Below, one piece after another: positions 48,711-62,504 of a DNA stretch of 64,000 nt. The notes below the pieces were generated by a model, which had not been told where the DNA came from, searched no databases, and saw nothing but the letters and a program-made list of their open reading frames with translations. This DNA is from Pelomyxa schiedti. Lineage: Eukaryota; Protista; Evosea. The first letter of the stretch is position 1; the number at the start of each line of letters is the position of its first letter. Location: assembly GCA_020536535.1 (NCBI GenBank), contig JAHLWZ010000858.1:1-64000 (forward strand), written 5' to 3'. The position numbers and the translations under genes were made by a program.

Positions 48711-51700
48711 TTAGCCGAGGAGACTATCGAGAAGCTCGGCGTCCCTGGGATGGAGCGGGGCGTGGTGGCGGTGGGACTGCAGCAGAGGGCGGATTATGGG
48801 ATTCACGCGATCGCCCCAGTGGGTGTGCATCCAGTTGAGAATCACGAGGCACAGGTTGATGGTTTGGCATGAGGATTTCGTAGTGAGAATGGGGAGTTGC
48901 TGCTGTTCCGGGAAAAGGTGCCCAAGCACAAAGTCAGCGAGCTGCGGAAGGTGTGACTCGAAGCTTTTTTCCCATTTGTTGTTCCTCCGGCTGATGATGG
49001 AACTAGAGCTAGAATGTTGCTGCTGTTGCTGTTGCTGTTGTTGTTGTTCGGGTCCCGAGAGGGCACCGTTGGGGTGCATGTACGACAGCCAAGTGTACAG
49101 AACCTGAAGCTGAAGTAGTTGCAGATGTGGATAATTGTGTGGCGTCGGGTTCATTAGCTGCCACACAACTCCCTCCAGGTAGGCGGAAATGTTCCCTGTT
49201 TGAGAAGTTGATAAGAATGTTACTCGGTTGGGGTTAGGCTTGAAGTAGTACATGTTTCATGCTTAGGAACAAGCCGGTAAAGAAGGAACAATGCAACGGG
49301 ATTCAGTAGTGGAGCTGAGAGTTCTCTCCCATGATGCTGGTCAAGGAATGATACGTAAAGCATAGTTCTGTACACAATTGTCAGAAAATACAAGTTATGT
49401 ATGGTGTCTACTTCATTTCTTCAATTCCACGGCGTCGAGTGTCGTCATCTACTCTATCAAAAAGGGTCTGTATAACATCCACTAAGATTGTCTTGGAGGA
49501 ATCCAGCCATTCTGATTCTGTTTCCCGCCAACCCCATTACATTCAGGTGTTATGTTGTAACTCAAACCATTCAAGTTGGTGCTCTCGAGATTTTTCTTGT
49601 AAGGAAGAGGTAATTCTGTCTTGATGACGGTCGCGGGGCCATTGCATTCATGTGCCAGAGCATAGTGAATAACTGGAACACACAATTTTTGTGCTACTTC
49701 GCTATTGGTTTCTGGGTGCAACATATAAGAAGAGTGATATTAACGGGAGAAACATACTCAGAGATGTTACAGTACACATCAGCTTGGCAGCAATAGATCT
49801 TAGATGAAGAGGATGATTCTCGTTGATGAGGCTTATGACATGGGATAGCCTGTCTGCCCAAAAAGGAGGCCACGGTGTCGGAGTGACACCCTGGAGAGTG
49901 GCGATGCTTAACAGCAACTTAAGGGCACTGTAGCACAGTTCAGTTTTACCAGGGTTGAGGAACGACCAGTAGAATTCAGCACATACCCTTAGGGATTTAA
50001 AAAAAAGAGACAATATTTAAGGGTGATACGGGTCAAAGATAATAGACTCCATATTTTTCGGTAATGATTTAACTGAGCTGTATCCCTGTGAACTAATTCT
50101 TTTTCTTTCTAATTCTGTGTAGCGCTTGATGCAGTTTGAAATTGAGTGGAGGGCTACATTGTAATGCTGAAAGGCATCAATATGAGGGTAAAAAAAGAGA
50201 GACATACATTCGCTGTGAAGAGACATGCATTCGCTCTGAAGAGAGACATGGTTTCAATACATTGAACAAGGCATTGAGTAATTTGGGGGTGCTGAGCTGT
50301 TACGTCAGTGGGGCAAAGTAAAGAGAAGAGGATAGGAGACAGTCCTAAAATTGAAGTGGGTTTTTTGGTTTTTTGTTTGAATAAATACCATCTACTCCTT
50401 CACATAATAGCACAGAGCATATATCTTTCCAAGGGGTGGTATCTGGTTGTAACCTGGCATGCCAACCCTTGGGAAGTCATTTTTGCACCAATGTGGAGTG
50501 GCTTACCGAAAAGATCCTTTCTATCATATCTTGAAATAAAATGGGTAACTTATAATAACATTTCAACATTGGAAGAAGAATTTCTGTTGGCATTGAGGTG
50601 CACATTCCCTCCCAAAGTTTGATTATTCTTTTAGACACGTTTGGTGCTGTTGTGCATAAGACTAAATAAAAAAATAAGGAAAAACTTACCACAATTGTCC
50701 ACTATCGCTGCAAGTTCAATAGCTTTATTGGAGCCCTGTTCTAATACAAGTTTCAGTGTACTATCCTTTGTGGGAGAAAAATTCTATGGGGACCAAATAG
50801 AAGAGTCGAGTGGGTACCTCAGCATTCCCAGATTGGAGAATTGGTTGCAGAAAATGTCTAGAAAACCAGGGTGGGATTTGTACTGGGAAGCGTTTAACCA
50901 CCTCTTCAATCTTATTTATTTTTTTTTGTACACTTGAGTTTGTATGCTCAATGACTTGTGTGTTATTAAAATTTGATGGGATACCCAAGCCTTATTTTCC
51001 AGCATCTCGAATACTATTGCTATAGGTACGTGTTTGGGGATTGGGTCTGTTGAAGGAAACAGCTTCTCAAGGAGTTCACAACACAGAGTGACTTTGAGGG
51101 AGTCAAATGGTGATTGCACAAGAAGCTGCGTGATAATTGTAGTAAGGTGTAGATCGTTTATCCTGCAAGTTGTTTTTGCGCAGTATCATACTGGGTTTTT
51201 TAATATACCATGCTTTATTTTTCAGGAGGAAGCATACACAGTGAGGAAACTCGCTCGAAGGTCTCCTGAACACCCACTTCAGATAGGGTTTCAGTATGGC
51301 ATTGTTGTTGCGCTGCAGGCACGCTTCTAGCCAATCAAGCACTGGCGCTGTGCATTAGTGAGCCTTTTTATTACCTTTTTTGTAATAAGACCTCTATTGA
51401 ACATGGGATTGTGAGAAGGTACAGCAAGACTCCCACTTGTGATGGCATTGTGGAGGCACAGAATAATGGTCATAAAAACACTTTGTTCGAGGGTGCCTTC
51501 ATTACGTTTTTAAGAAAAAACGTAAGAAATAAAATAAAAACCTTGATCTTCTATATCCCCTAAATCGGGGGAATCAAATAATGCTATTATACAGTGGAAA
51601 ATAGAGACATCACAAAAATCTGCTTTCCCATGGGGATTGGATATCAATTCAATGAGTGGAGTGATAACCCGGGTTGTGTATTCAGGATGAAACGTTATGA

Positions 51701-53019
51701 AGCCTGTAAGAACAGCATCAAGCAACCGGGGTTCCTTATATCTCTGAGGTACGTTAGTGCCAATGCTACCAAACAATTTCTATACTTGTGTATCATTGTA
51801 TTGCTCTTTCACGAGACATTCAAGTTGGTCACCAAATTGAGTATTTGATAATGCTTGTCCTTCCCAACGTTGTATGTGCTCAAGTGTGAGTACTTTTGTG
51901 GCATGTCCTAAACAACAATTAGTAAAAGGGGGTGGGAATTCTCCTTCCAGTACCGTTTGGAGGGCGCTGCATCAACAAATCAGATAAAAGTGGGTTTGGT
52001 AAAGAGGAACTTTGTTCGTGTTCCACATGGTGGACTTCTTGGCTGGTGTGGCGCACTTGTTGTGGGTAATGTTTCTGCTGTTGGGTTTGCTTTGCATGAT
52101 GCTTGAAACGCTGAGTTTGCACTTGAGTCTGTGACGAAGTTGGGGCTGGAATTAGCATCGAGGAGTTGGCGCTCACATCCGGGTAGCCAGATTGGCTATC
52201 CTGCATGCCAAATGAAATAGCGCCAGACTGCTGCAGCTGCGCCATTGCAGCCAACTCACACAACTGCTGCTGGTCCTGGTCCTGCAGAGCTACTATCTGA
52301 GGCATCTGCAGCCCGATCGACTGAAACATTGGCACGGAGGCAGGAGGCTGCTCCTGCCGCGGCTGCCGCGGCCTGCCCCGCTTCTTCTGCTTTTGTGCAA
52401 CTGCCATTGGCTGCATCACCTGAGGTATCATCTGCCCATGAGCGAGGTGCTGGTGGAGGCTCATTCCGCCGCCGACATCGCTCCCACTGTTTCCGAGATA
52501 GCCGAAGCCCTGAATTGCCCCATAATCGTTGTAATCCACGCCCGGCGGAGTGTCCGCATAAACGACGTCGCCCAGCCCGCCGTCGAAACCTGTCACGGAG
52601 CCCAGAACCATTTGTGGGAGGCGTTCCTGGTCCTGATCTTGGTCCAGGTCGATCTCTTGTTGCTGGTCGCGCAAATGGGGGCCGGGGCTGCGAAACTGGC
52701 GATTTGGCAATTGAACGGCCACAGTCCCGGCCCCGCTCATCGTTGGCGCCATTTGGTAGTACTGCAGTTGCAAGTTCTGCGGAATTGCCATGCGTTGTTG
52801 TTGTTGTTGCTGGTGCATGTGTATGGGAATTATGGGAGCTTGTGGGAGCTGGACCTGCCTCGAGGAGGAAGAAGAAGAAGTAGTTGACGATGAAACCTTG
52901 GAGCGCTTCCTTTTGGGGCCAGGGACCGACGCAGGGCCAATGACGGCCGAATTATTCGCAGGTGTCGCCGCCGTAGCTCGTGTGTGGCTTCGGGGTCGCA
53001 TCTGGCCAATTTTTTTCAA
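48711..53019 (-). CDS. Large hypothetical nuclear protein: Q-rich N-terminus with NLS and AT-hook, helical (HEAT-like) body
   Basis: First exon has PKRKRSK and KKRGRPR; following minus-strand exons are Leu-rich amphipathic helices. Family not recognised; single-gene continuity inferred. Confidence 0.6.
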
Positions 53020-53079
53020 AATTCAAGTTTAATTAATTTGTAAATTTGGAGCCATCAGATTTTTTTTTGTCTGCAAGGA

Positions 53080-56000
53080 TCAAGACTTGGTTTCTCTTAG
53101 ATTCGTTACGAACTGCAAACTGTCTTCTACCTTGCGCATCGTGGTTTCCGCTTTTTGTGTGGTCTCTGACAGCCATTTCAGGTCCAATTCGTTGTGCTTT
53201 GCATTGGTGATAGACAGAAAAGAGTACAAGGCTTTAGCACCATCAACTAGCTCCAGTTGGTCATCTATAATTTGGGCCTGCTCGATAGACCCTTCGTTCT
53301 TTTCCTGTTGTGTGTTTCTTCAGGGAAAAAGGATGGAGAGTAGAACCTCTAGCTTCCGGACTTCGGAATTCAGCAGATTGGATATGTTGAAAAGAGAACT
53401 CTGTAGCTTCTGTGCGTCAGCCAGGGCCTTGGAATAGTGCCCAGCATCAGCGACTTTGTCTGCCGGAATGCAACCATGTACTGCGGATACGCGTGAACAC
53501 AGAATTTCCTTGTACTGGTGCTCAAGTTTCTCTTCTTCAGACATATTGGCGTCATCAAGTGCTTGCTTTGTGCGGCGGTACCAATTCAAGATTTTCTCTT
53601 TAATCCATGGCTTGATTGTGACTTCAGGTGCAGGTACTGTAATCCTCGAGGCTTGTCCTTCCTGGGAAGAGTGCTCTTCCTCCTTTTTCGCTTCATGAGG
53701 CTCCTCTGTCCCGCTTCTTACCGAGATAAGCTCGACTGGTTTAGCCAGTGGCTCTGCTGTTGTCCGGGGCTGCGGACCACTTGGAATTGACTTCCTGCTG
53801 AACTGGGAAGGGTAGTAGTCAGGCTGGAGGATGGATGAAACTGATTTGTGTGGCAGCCATTCAACTAATTTAATGTAGGGAAGAAAGTATTGTGGCCTTA
53901 GCATTGGTAAACCTGTCCGCACAATTTGTATCAATGGATCATAGAGTGAACATGCAAATTCAAAAAAGATTTGGAAGAGCTCGGAGCACTGTGACATATT
54001 CAATACTCCCTGGAGGAAGTAGTAGGTACAGGGGTATTGGCACCATCGGTGAGTAAAGGAAGGAGTGCGAAGTAACTGGATGGCTTGCATGAATAAATTA
54101 CTATCATTGGGTAAATTAAAAACAGCAACAAGGAAAGCAATGAGAACATCAAGCCAGAACTGGTATGACTGTTCTTGTCTTATCCACTTGTCTGCATCTG
54201 CACTACGCTCAATGAGTGTTCTAAAGAGGTTCATCAAGTTGGAGATAAGGTTCCCCTGCTCCGGCATTGAGATGCAGAAGAGGGGAGTAGGTCCTTGAAA
54301 TTTCATCACTCTTGTGTACCACTTGTGGGGCACAAGAAACCAGGATGTGGCGCCGACAGTACACCCAATGACCATCTCTGCAAGCGACAACCACTCACGG
54401 CAATCACAAACAGGGCTGAGGAGTGTGGATCCAAGATATTGTATCATGCCGTAAACACCATAGAACCAATAATTGAAGACATCGTAGGTATTGGCAAGAG
54501 CAAACCAGAGTAACGCATCCCCTTCTGGCACTACTGCAAGATTCCACTTACTCAGAATATCTCCAGCCTGGAGTTCAAGGGCAAGTCGGAACCCTTTGAT
54601 TTGGTGTGTCGGGAGCGGGGAGCACCATAGTTCCATGGCATGAAAAATAAGCTCTTGGCGATGAGGAGGTAATATGGATGGTCTCCTTGGTGAGGCTAAT
54701 AAGAAATCAACAATATCAGAGAGAATTTTATTGCGCCAAGCTATAAGACTTTGCCTCGCATTAGTCGCATACTGAGTGCAGAAGGCGTCATTATCGGTCA
54801 CAGAGAAAATGGTCTGATAAATATCCCAGATCACACAAAGAGCAGTGAGTGCCTCATGAAGATTTGCCAGTGCTATAGTATTTCCAGAATCGAAGAGGCA
54901 CTTCGAAAAATCACTTAATAAATTCAGCCCTCTGTGCAAAGCAACACAAGCAGCTTGGGCAAACACAAGGTGATTTGGGAGAAAAGGTGACTGAGTCTGC
55001 AGGAAAAGTGGCAGCCAAGAGAAATCTGTGAGCTTCAAAGACCCGTCAGGGCATTGGTGCACAAGGTAGTAGTCTTGTATATTCTTCCTGAGCTTGGACT
55101 CCTTTTCACCATAGACTGGAACAAGACGGTGCCACTGATGAGCTGATTGTATAAACTCAGCCATATGTGAACCCCATTTTTTAAGGATCTGTATTCTTTC
55201 GTCAAATGAAATTCCTTGGCAGCACTGTTTAAGTGCAGTAGAGATAGAAAGGTCAGATAGAAGTTTTTGCAGCAGAAAATTCTCCGGAAACTCTTCATTT
55301 ACTTGCTTTTCAAAATCCAAGGTGATTGGTAACATGTCTAGGTGGGCAAGTCGTACTTTTAGTTCACAAGCAAATGCTCTATTCGAGGTTTTTAAAGTCA
55401 AGTTATATGCTTCATGAAGCAAGGTTTTCTTGCATTCCTGGTCACTGTACGAAGCGTAGAAAAGACATCTGGACCCTCTTTCAACCAACATCTGCTTCTC
55501 AGAGGAGCTAACTTTTTCAGCGGCTCGAATGAAGAGTTTACCAGCCTCTTCATACTTAAATTCCCGTGCGAGGATCTCTGCAGCTTGAACATATTTTCCT
55601 TGACGCAGGTACTCTTCAATGATCAGGTCAAAAAAGTTGTAGCGTTTTAGAAATTGGAGTCTTTCTGTAGCTGAGAGTAACATAAGTGCCATTGTCATGT
55701 CTTCCATGGACCGTGTTGTTTTAAATACCAATGCCGAATTTCTTACAAATCTCTGGTATTCTTCCCGTTGCACTAAAGCAGGGGTGCTATTCAACACATC
55801 AAAGGCTTTCTTCCTCAAGATATCAATGTGCTCTTTCCTCACATGTTGTACAGAAGCCTTTGAACAAAAGAAAATAGCGATGTCCATAGCTTCTTCCATG
55901 CTTTTACTTTTCTGCATGTCAAAAGCTAAATCAGGCCTACTTGCAGAGATAAGACAATTCACTGCACTTTGTGTGTCATTGATTGCTTGGTAAACTTCTG

Positions 56001-59000
56001 CAGCTTCAAGGTATTCCTCAGCAAATTCCAGGCACTTTGCTTGTCCTTGTTGATCACCATCTAACTGGCAACTCTGTGAAGCCAAGAGAAACTTTTCTTT
56101 GCGCACTGTTGCATTTCCACTTGACTTGCCCTCCTTTACCAGCTTCATAGAAATAGCTTTCTCTTCGCCACAAACGTCCCCAGCAAAATGAAAGCAGGAA
56201 GCAGCTTCAGCGTACATCCCCTTCATCATCATTTGGAACCCAGTGCACTTCCATACCTCTGGTGAAGTGTGGGACTCACGAGTTAGTTCATACATTTGGT
56301 CTGGAGTCAGGGTATCCTGCAAGGAAATGACCCCTTTTTGTGCCAAGTAATCTGTAAATTTACGTTGCTCTCCAAGAAAATCGTCCACTATGACTAGTAG
56401 CTTCCGTGTTCTTGTAACTGCAGTGTACAAATGCTTAAGTTCTGAACAGAGGATGAGGAGTTGATCCTCCAGAATTGTGGGTTTTTCTTCCTTTTTCAGA
56501 AGGTTTACAAAGGCTCCCCACTGGTGTAGTGCAATTGAGTCGTGCCAAAAATTCACAAGTAGCACGTGATTGAACTCTAACCCTTTTGCCTCCTGTATTG
56601 TCATCACTAGGCCTGATTCCATTTGCTCCAATATTTTCTTTTTGGCTTCTTGGTTACGCACCAGCATAACTTGTCCAGCACCAAAGGATATGTGAGGAAC
56701 TTTACGGTCAAACCGAAATAGCTGGGACAAAGTTCCAGAGGCTATTCCACCTTGCAAAAATATTGGTTTAGGGTTTCCAGAGCCCGGTGCACTTTCAGGG
56801 GGCAGCTTATCCATGGAATGTGGAAAAAATTGTATGATTGTCTCAGTGATTACATTGGCCAAATTGCATATTCCAGCATGAGTCCGGTAATTTCGGGTCA
56901 GAAACAACAACTGTGGTACCTCCCGGGGGTTCTTGCCAACTAGAATCTCATAGAATATATCTTTGGCCTAGGAGGTACCACTAAGCACACGAGGAAGGTT
57001 TTAAAGACATACAGTTTCAAAACGGAAATTAACGCCTTGATTTATAATCTGGGCTGTGTCTCCAACCAAAGCATATCCACTGGGCTGTGGACAAATGAAT
57101 TTAAGCAGTGCGAGTTGGGCCATGTTACAGTCTTGGACTTCGTCAACATAGACAAAGTCCAAAGGTAGGAGGTCAGTTGGATTCAGTTGCAGTTGATGAT
57201 AAACGTGTAAGGTGAAGTCAGCCATATCCCAACCATTTTGCAGTCGCTTTTCCTTTTCATATTTTAGGAATAATTCATAAACTTTTCTCGGGTCTTTGAT
57301 TATGGCAGTTCTTCTTGTGCAAATTTCACAGTATTGCTCTAGTGTCAGACACTTTTTTGTGGGTAAAATAGCTAGAACATTTCCCTTGATAGTACTTTGA
57401 ATTTCGATCCACACAATAGCCTGAAAAATGGAGGTTAGAACGACCGCCATGAAACTTAATAAGTACCGAATCAAGGCCTGCAGTAAGATTCTGGTCAAGG
57501 TGTACCCAGTATTCCTGTGAAAATCGAGTGAAGTCTACTTCTTGTAGTTCAAATTTTCTTGTGCTAGCAGTTTTGGCTGCCATGTACACTTGAGGGGGAC
57601 ATGGTGTCAGATCAGTAGATTCTGTTTTAAGCAGCGCAACAACGGACTGGTCTGCAACGTAGTTCGGCATAGTTTCGGCTTGTTTCTTGTTTGGCTGTAG
57701 AAGCTCCAAAAGTGGGGCTCCAATTTCATCGTGCCATAAACGTGTATCTTTGTCAAGAGAGGAACGGAAGGGCCTCTGCAAAGCAGCATCTATCATGGTA
57801 AGAAGTTTTCTGTGAGTGATGAAGAGCGGGAAATGGGAATCTCTTAATTCTTGGATAGATTCAGGAAGTGTGGAAAGAGATATTCCTTTCTCAAGCTCTT
57901 CAAATGAGATGTCCTGGATGACGGCATATTGGTGCATAGTTTTCGTTGTGCCATGTTTAGATAAGAGAGATTGAAGCTCGTTTTGAGCAAGAGCACAGAG
58001 CGAGGGTGAAACTGAAACAAAAATTTGTCTGGGGTGCATTGCTGGTGATTGTAGTTCACGCAGGAGCATTCTGTACAGAAGAACTGTTGTTTTACCAGTA
58101 CCTGAGCGACCACACACCACAATTGGACCATCGCGTGAAACGAGTTCGCGCTCCTTTACACTGAGGGACATCGGCAAGGTATGAAAAGTACCCTCCAGAA
58201 CGGAGGCAATAAACTGTGGATCCACTTTGAAGTACTTACTGCAGAAAACGTCTCTTAGGGTGGAGTCCATATCTTTTAGTGGTGCATCAAGCCGTAAAGG
58301 ATGCTTTCGATACTCATTTTGCTCCAAGGTAATTTGGTTTGCATCCCAGCACTGAGGGAACATATTCAATTTCTGAGATCCTTCAGAAGGCACTTGGTAA
58401 GGAGGAGTTTTCCGTAGTTTCAGACGTAGGCCTGATCTTCTTCCGTCATCTAATATCGTCGCTTGGAGACTGACAATAGCCTTTTCCACAGAATCTTGGC
58501 TTACAAGTCCAAAAACAGATATTATTTGCCACGCACCGTCCGACTCACTGACCTCAATATCAATACACCATATGAGTACCTTCCCACATGTATGTGATAG
58601 GTGAATAATGGAGTTCAGCTGCAGAGGTCGGATACTGCTGGGAAGGGTCACTGGGTGTTTTGGCCACCTCCCCTGACATAGTTGCACAAGATGTAAGCCA
58701 ACTATTGTTCTTTGTACTGCATCAAGTTTTCTTAAGTCTTGATAGAACTGATCACGAGCATGCATTCTAATAGGATGTAAGCAAGAGGGGGAATGAGGTT
58801 ACAGACTTACAGCCAAGGGCCTCCAAAGTTCTTTAGGTCAGCTGGAGACAGATACCCTAAAGCAACACGAAGTTGCATAGGAATAGGAAAACTTCTGACA
58901 TCGATATAGGCATCATGGTTTCTTGCAAACACAATATATTCATTCCAAATAGGGTGCTGCCGGAGAGAGCAGGCATTTCCTACAACCCATAAAGCAAGCC

Positions 59001-62000
59001 TTGCCCGAGTTAGTACAACATTCAGTCTTCTCCAGTCTTTCAGGAAGCCCATATAATCACAGACATTGCTCCGAACAGTACTGACGATAACAATATCTTT
59101 CTCCCGTCCTTTATAGCCATCAAATGTGGTGACTTCGATGTGGTGGCCCACTCCATGGAGCAACTGTTTCAAGGCTCCACACTGTTCAGAGTAAGGGGTG
59201 ATTACTGCCAGGCTCACTTGTTCCTTTGTATGCTGCTTGAAAAATAGTTTTGCGAGGTACTTGATGAAGTGAGACTCGTAACTATTTGAGAATGATTGAC
59301 TGGTCGAATTGTAACTTTCGGCTCCATCCACATGGAAGAATTTTAGTGGCCCAAACATCGTGTCACTGTGCCAGGGTCTACTTCTCTCTGACTGACAGTT
59401 AGGAGCATCCTCAATTTTGTTTTGATAGAATTGTCTGCGCTTTGATTAATAAATAAAAAAATAAAGTGTTACGCACTCAGAGACAAAGGCACTGATTAAA
59501 GGATGCATTCTGTACTGGATACTGAGTGAATGGTAATGATGACCTGCGTCCACCATTCTTTCTATCATAGACCGACCATAATTCACTCCTCTGCATAACG
59601 GAAGGGGATTTTGTTTAGGAAAAAATGTAACATGTTTGCTTACTTCGCCAATTCACTCCCGATAGGCGTTGGTAACTGGTTCCAATCACCCAGAAGAATT
59701 AATCGCCTGGCACCAAAACGTAGTATGGGGAGCATGATTTCCGGTTCCAAACTTTGATCACACTCATCAATAATTATAGTGCCAAAAGTACGAGAGGCGA
59801 GCTTGTCCAAGGAATCCGTACTATTCAGGGGGCTCAGAATGAGTTGTGAACTCAATAGCTCCTCTCTGATTTCAAGCATTATATTTTTTGATTGAATGTC
59901 TTGCAACTGGAGTGAACATTCACGTAGAACCTCGGAAGCAGTGTTTTTGTCACCTGTCAAGCTTCCCCTAACAAACTGCAATTTTTGCATCTGTGTTAAC
60001 CAATTGTAAAGTGTCCCCTTGAAGTGCCTCTTGAATTTGATGTAAGTTTTTTCACATCCCTTTAAAATTGAAGAGGCACTAATAAGGTGTGGATGCACAG
60101 AATCTATGGGAGCTTTGATCTTCAACAAAAAAAGGAGATCTGCACATGCCAAGCACAGGTTTTTGAAGAAACCACATAAAACTCTGATGACGTTCCCAAG
60201 TAAAACAGTTCCTACAACACTGTCCAGGTCTTTCCCTTCTTCATAGTCAACCAGTACCATAGAAATATCATCACCAATAATAGGACTACAGTTGTTCAGT
60301 ATGTTAACTGCGATGTCCTCTAAAGCAATGCAAGATGGAGAGCACAGAACAACTCTTTCATTCCGTGAAAGGAGCACTGAAAGTAATCCAAAAATGAGTG
60401 TTGTCTTGCCAGCTCCTGGGGAACCTGAGAGCTGTTAGACCACTCAAATTTGCCAAGAATACCATGAATAATGGCAACAGGGTCACTACTTGTGGCATAG
60501 TTGATTGCCTTTATTTGAGACAGACTGAATTTGGAGATCAAATAGCCGGAAAGTGCACTGTCTAACATGCGTTCGTTTGGGTTACTACCAACAACATTCT
60601 TGTACAATGAGGGTCGGAGAATGTGGGCAAGAATTGGGTCTTCAAGTGCAGTAAAGTCATGGGAATACATAGCCAACAGTACTTCAAATATCCCCCTAAA
60701 ACGTGAAAGACTTGCTACTCGTGCTACCTGCCACATCTGAGGAAATGTCCCACAATCTTGGGCTGGTGAGCTTCAGGGTAAAAAGAAAAGATTCACACCA
60801 AGGAAAGCACGCATGTCGGGTGCCGCAAACATAATTTCGTAGTGTTCTATTTGATCTCTCTTCTCCATATTGACTGGGATGCGCTCAACGATGCCACACA
60901 ATCTTAGACTTGGGCGATTCGAATTGCCAATGAGAACAAAGTCAGATAGATGTAAATCACAATTCCCCTCCAAAGTCAAAATATGAAAAGGGCTAGATCC
61001 TTGCACACCCATCACTTTTACACTACACCATTTTTGGGGATGCTTTACAGCATTGCTCTGGAGAGAACCAAGTTAAAATAAGGAGAACAAGGATTGTGAC
61101 ACACAAGGACAGTTCGATATTCTTCAGCAAAAGGCCAAAACCACTGAGAGGAATATATTTCAACACTGGGGAACTCAAGGGCTAGAGGCACAATTTTGTT
61201 GAGGAACTGTTTGCTGTTTTGTTACATTAGGGTATCACCAGAATTGAGTTATGTACGTGTCCTCTAGATTCAGAGACAGCATCCAATGCAATGAGGAGCA
61301 TTGAGGGGGAACATAACAGGCAAAGTTCGAGTGACAAACACGTATAGAAGCAGAATCCTTCAGCTATTGAGATTACGTCACTGTTCTGCAGAACACAGGT
61401 ACCAAATGGGTAGGTTGAAGAAGTGAGTCGATAAATCTCTCAGTAACTGGCACTACAATGGCTGGAGCGTGGGGGATATCTGCTAGCTTGTAGCAATACC
61501 TGTAAGTGTGCTCTTTTGAGAGAAGCTAATACAGTTCGGGAGACACACAGTCGGCGGTTGTCTAAGCTGTACCACTGACCCTTGAATTCAGTTACCCGAA
61601 TAGGGGGGACTTTGTAGATATAAGATGGGTTACATCTAGATTTAAAAAGAGATAAATAGGTGGAGGCTGTAAAACGAGTAGACGACCTGAGAGTACAAAT
61701 CAAGGACTCCAAAGACGACTTATCATTGAAAGTGCTGAAGATGGATGAACGTGTAAAAGCTATCCTAGACACAACTGCGCGGAGTGTGGGAACCGCAGTG
61801 GGCCACGTAGTCACAGGGAGCCTATTTTTTCACACAGTTATTTCTGCTTGTATTTCGAGGGGGAAAAAAGGGGGAAAAAAAAAAAAAAAGCAAACTCAGG
61901 ACAAGGAGGGTCTTCAGCAGGTCTAGCAGTGACATATTCCGGGCGAGATGGAGCGTCGAGAGGAATGGCTGCAGCTGGCTGCCGTGGCGGGAGCTCCATG

Positions 62001-62504
62001 GCGGGATTTCCATCCGCTGGCAGTAATCGAGGTGCACGCCCAGCTCCCGCTCGTCGTTGCCCACCGCCGCCGCCGCCGTCGCCGCCGCCGCAGCCCCTCG
62101 TACTGTGCGGGGCCGAGGGGGGCTTGACCGTGAGCACATAGTATTCGCCAGGCGGAGGCGGCCGCGGCGCCCCAGCACCGGCTCCCCCCTCCTTGCGCAA
62201 AGTGCTCCCTCGGTGGTGTGTGGCCGCCCTGGTGGCAGTGGCAGTTAGTTACAGTTGTAGTAGAGGTACTGCGGCCCGGCATGCCGGGAGACGCAGTAGG
62301 GCGCACGGCGCTTTGTGGCTGCGCAGCGGGGAGGACATGAGTTTGAGGTGCGGTAGTAGTAGCAGGGGCTGATGGCAAGGGCGGCGCGGTTCCGCGCGGT
62401 GGCGCTGTTGGTGCAGGCGCAGAATGGGGGGTGGGATTGAGGCCAGAAGAAACTAAGTTGGGAGGGTCGGGTTCGCACGTGAGCTTGCGATTGAGAGAAC
62501 CCAT
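53080..62504 (-). CDS. Giant dual-helicase protein: ParB-like domain + UPF1/SEN1-type SF1B helicase + UvrD/TRANK1-type helicase + TPR-like repeats
   Basis: PPIRV...WYSLDNRRL (~61410-61790); GSPGAGKT, IIIDECDQ, LLGDWNQLP, QYRMHP, RRLNVVLTRAR (58810-60500); GRSGTGKTT, YVDEVQD, GDTAQ, LTRNYRTH, AKGLEF, LYTAVTR (56370-58160); helical repeats after. 5' exon structure uncertain. Confidence 0.85.
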
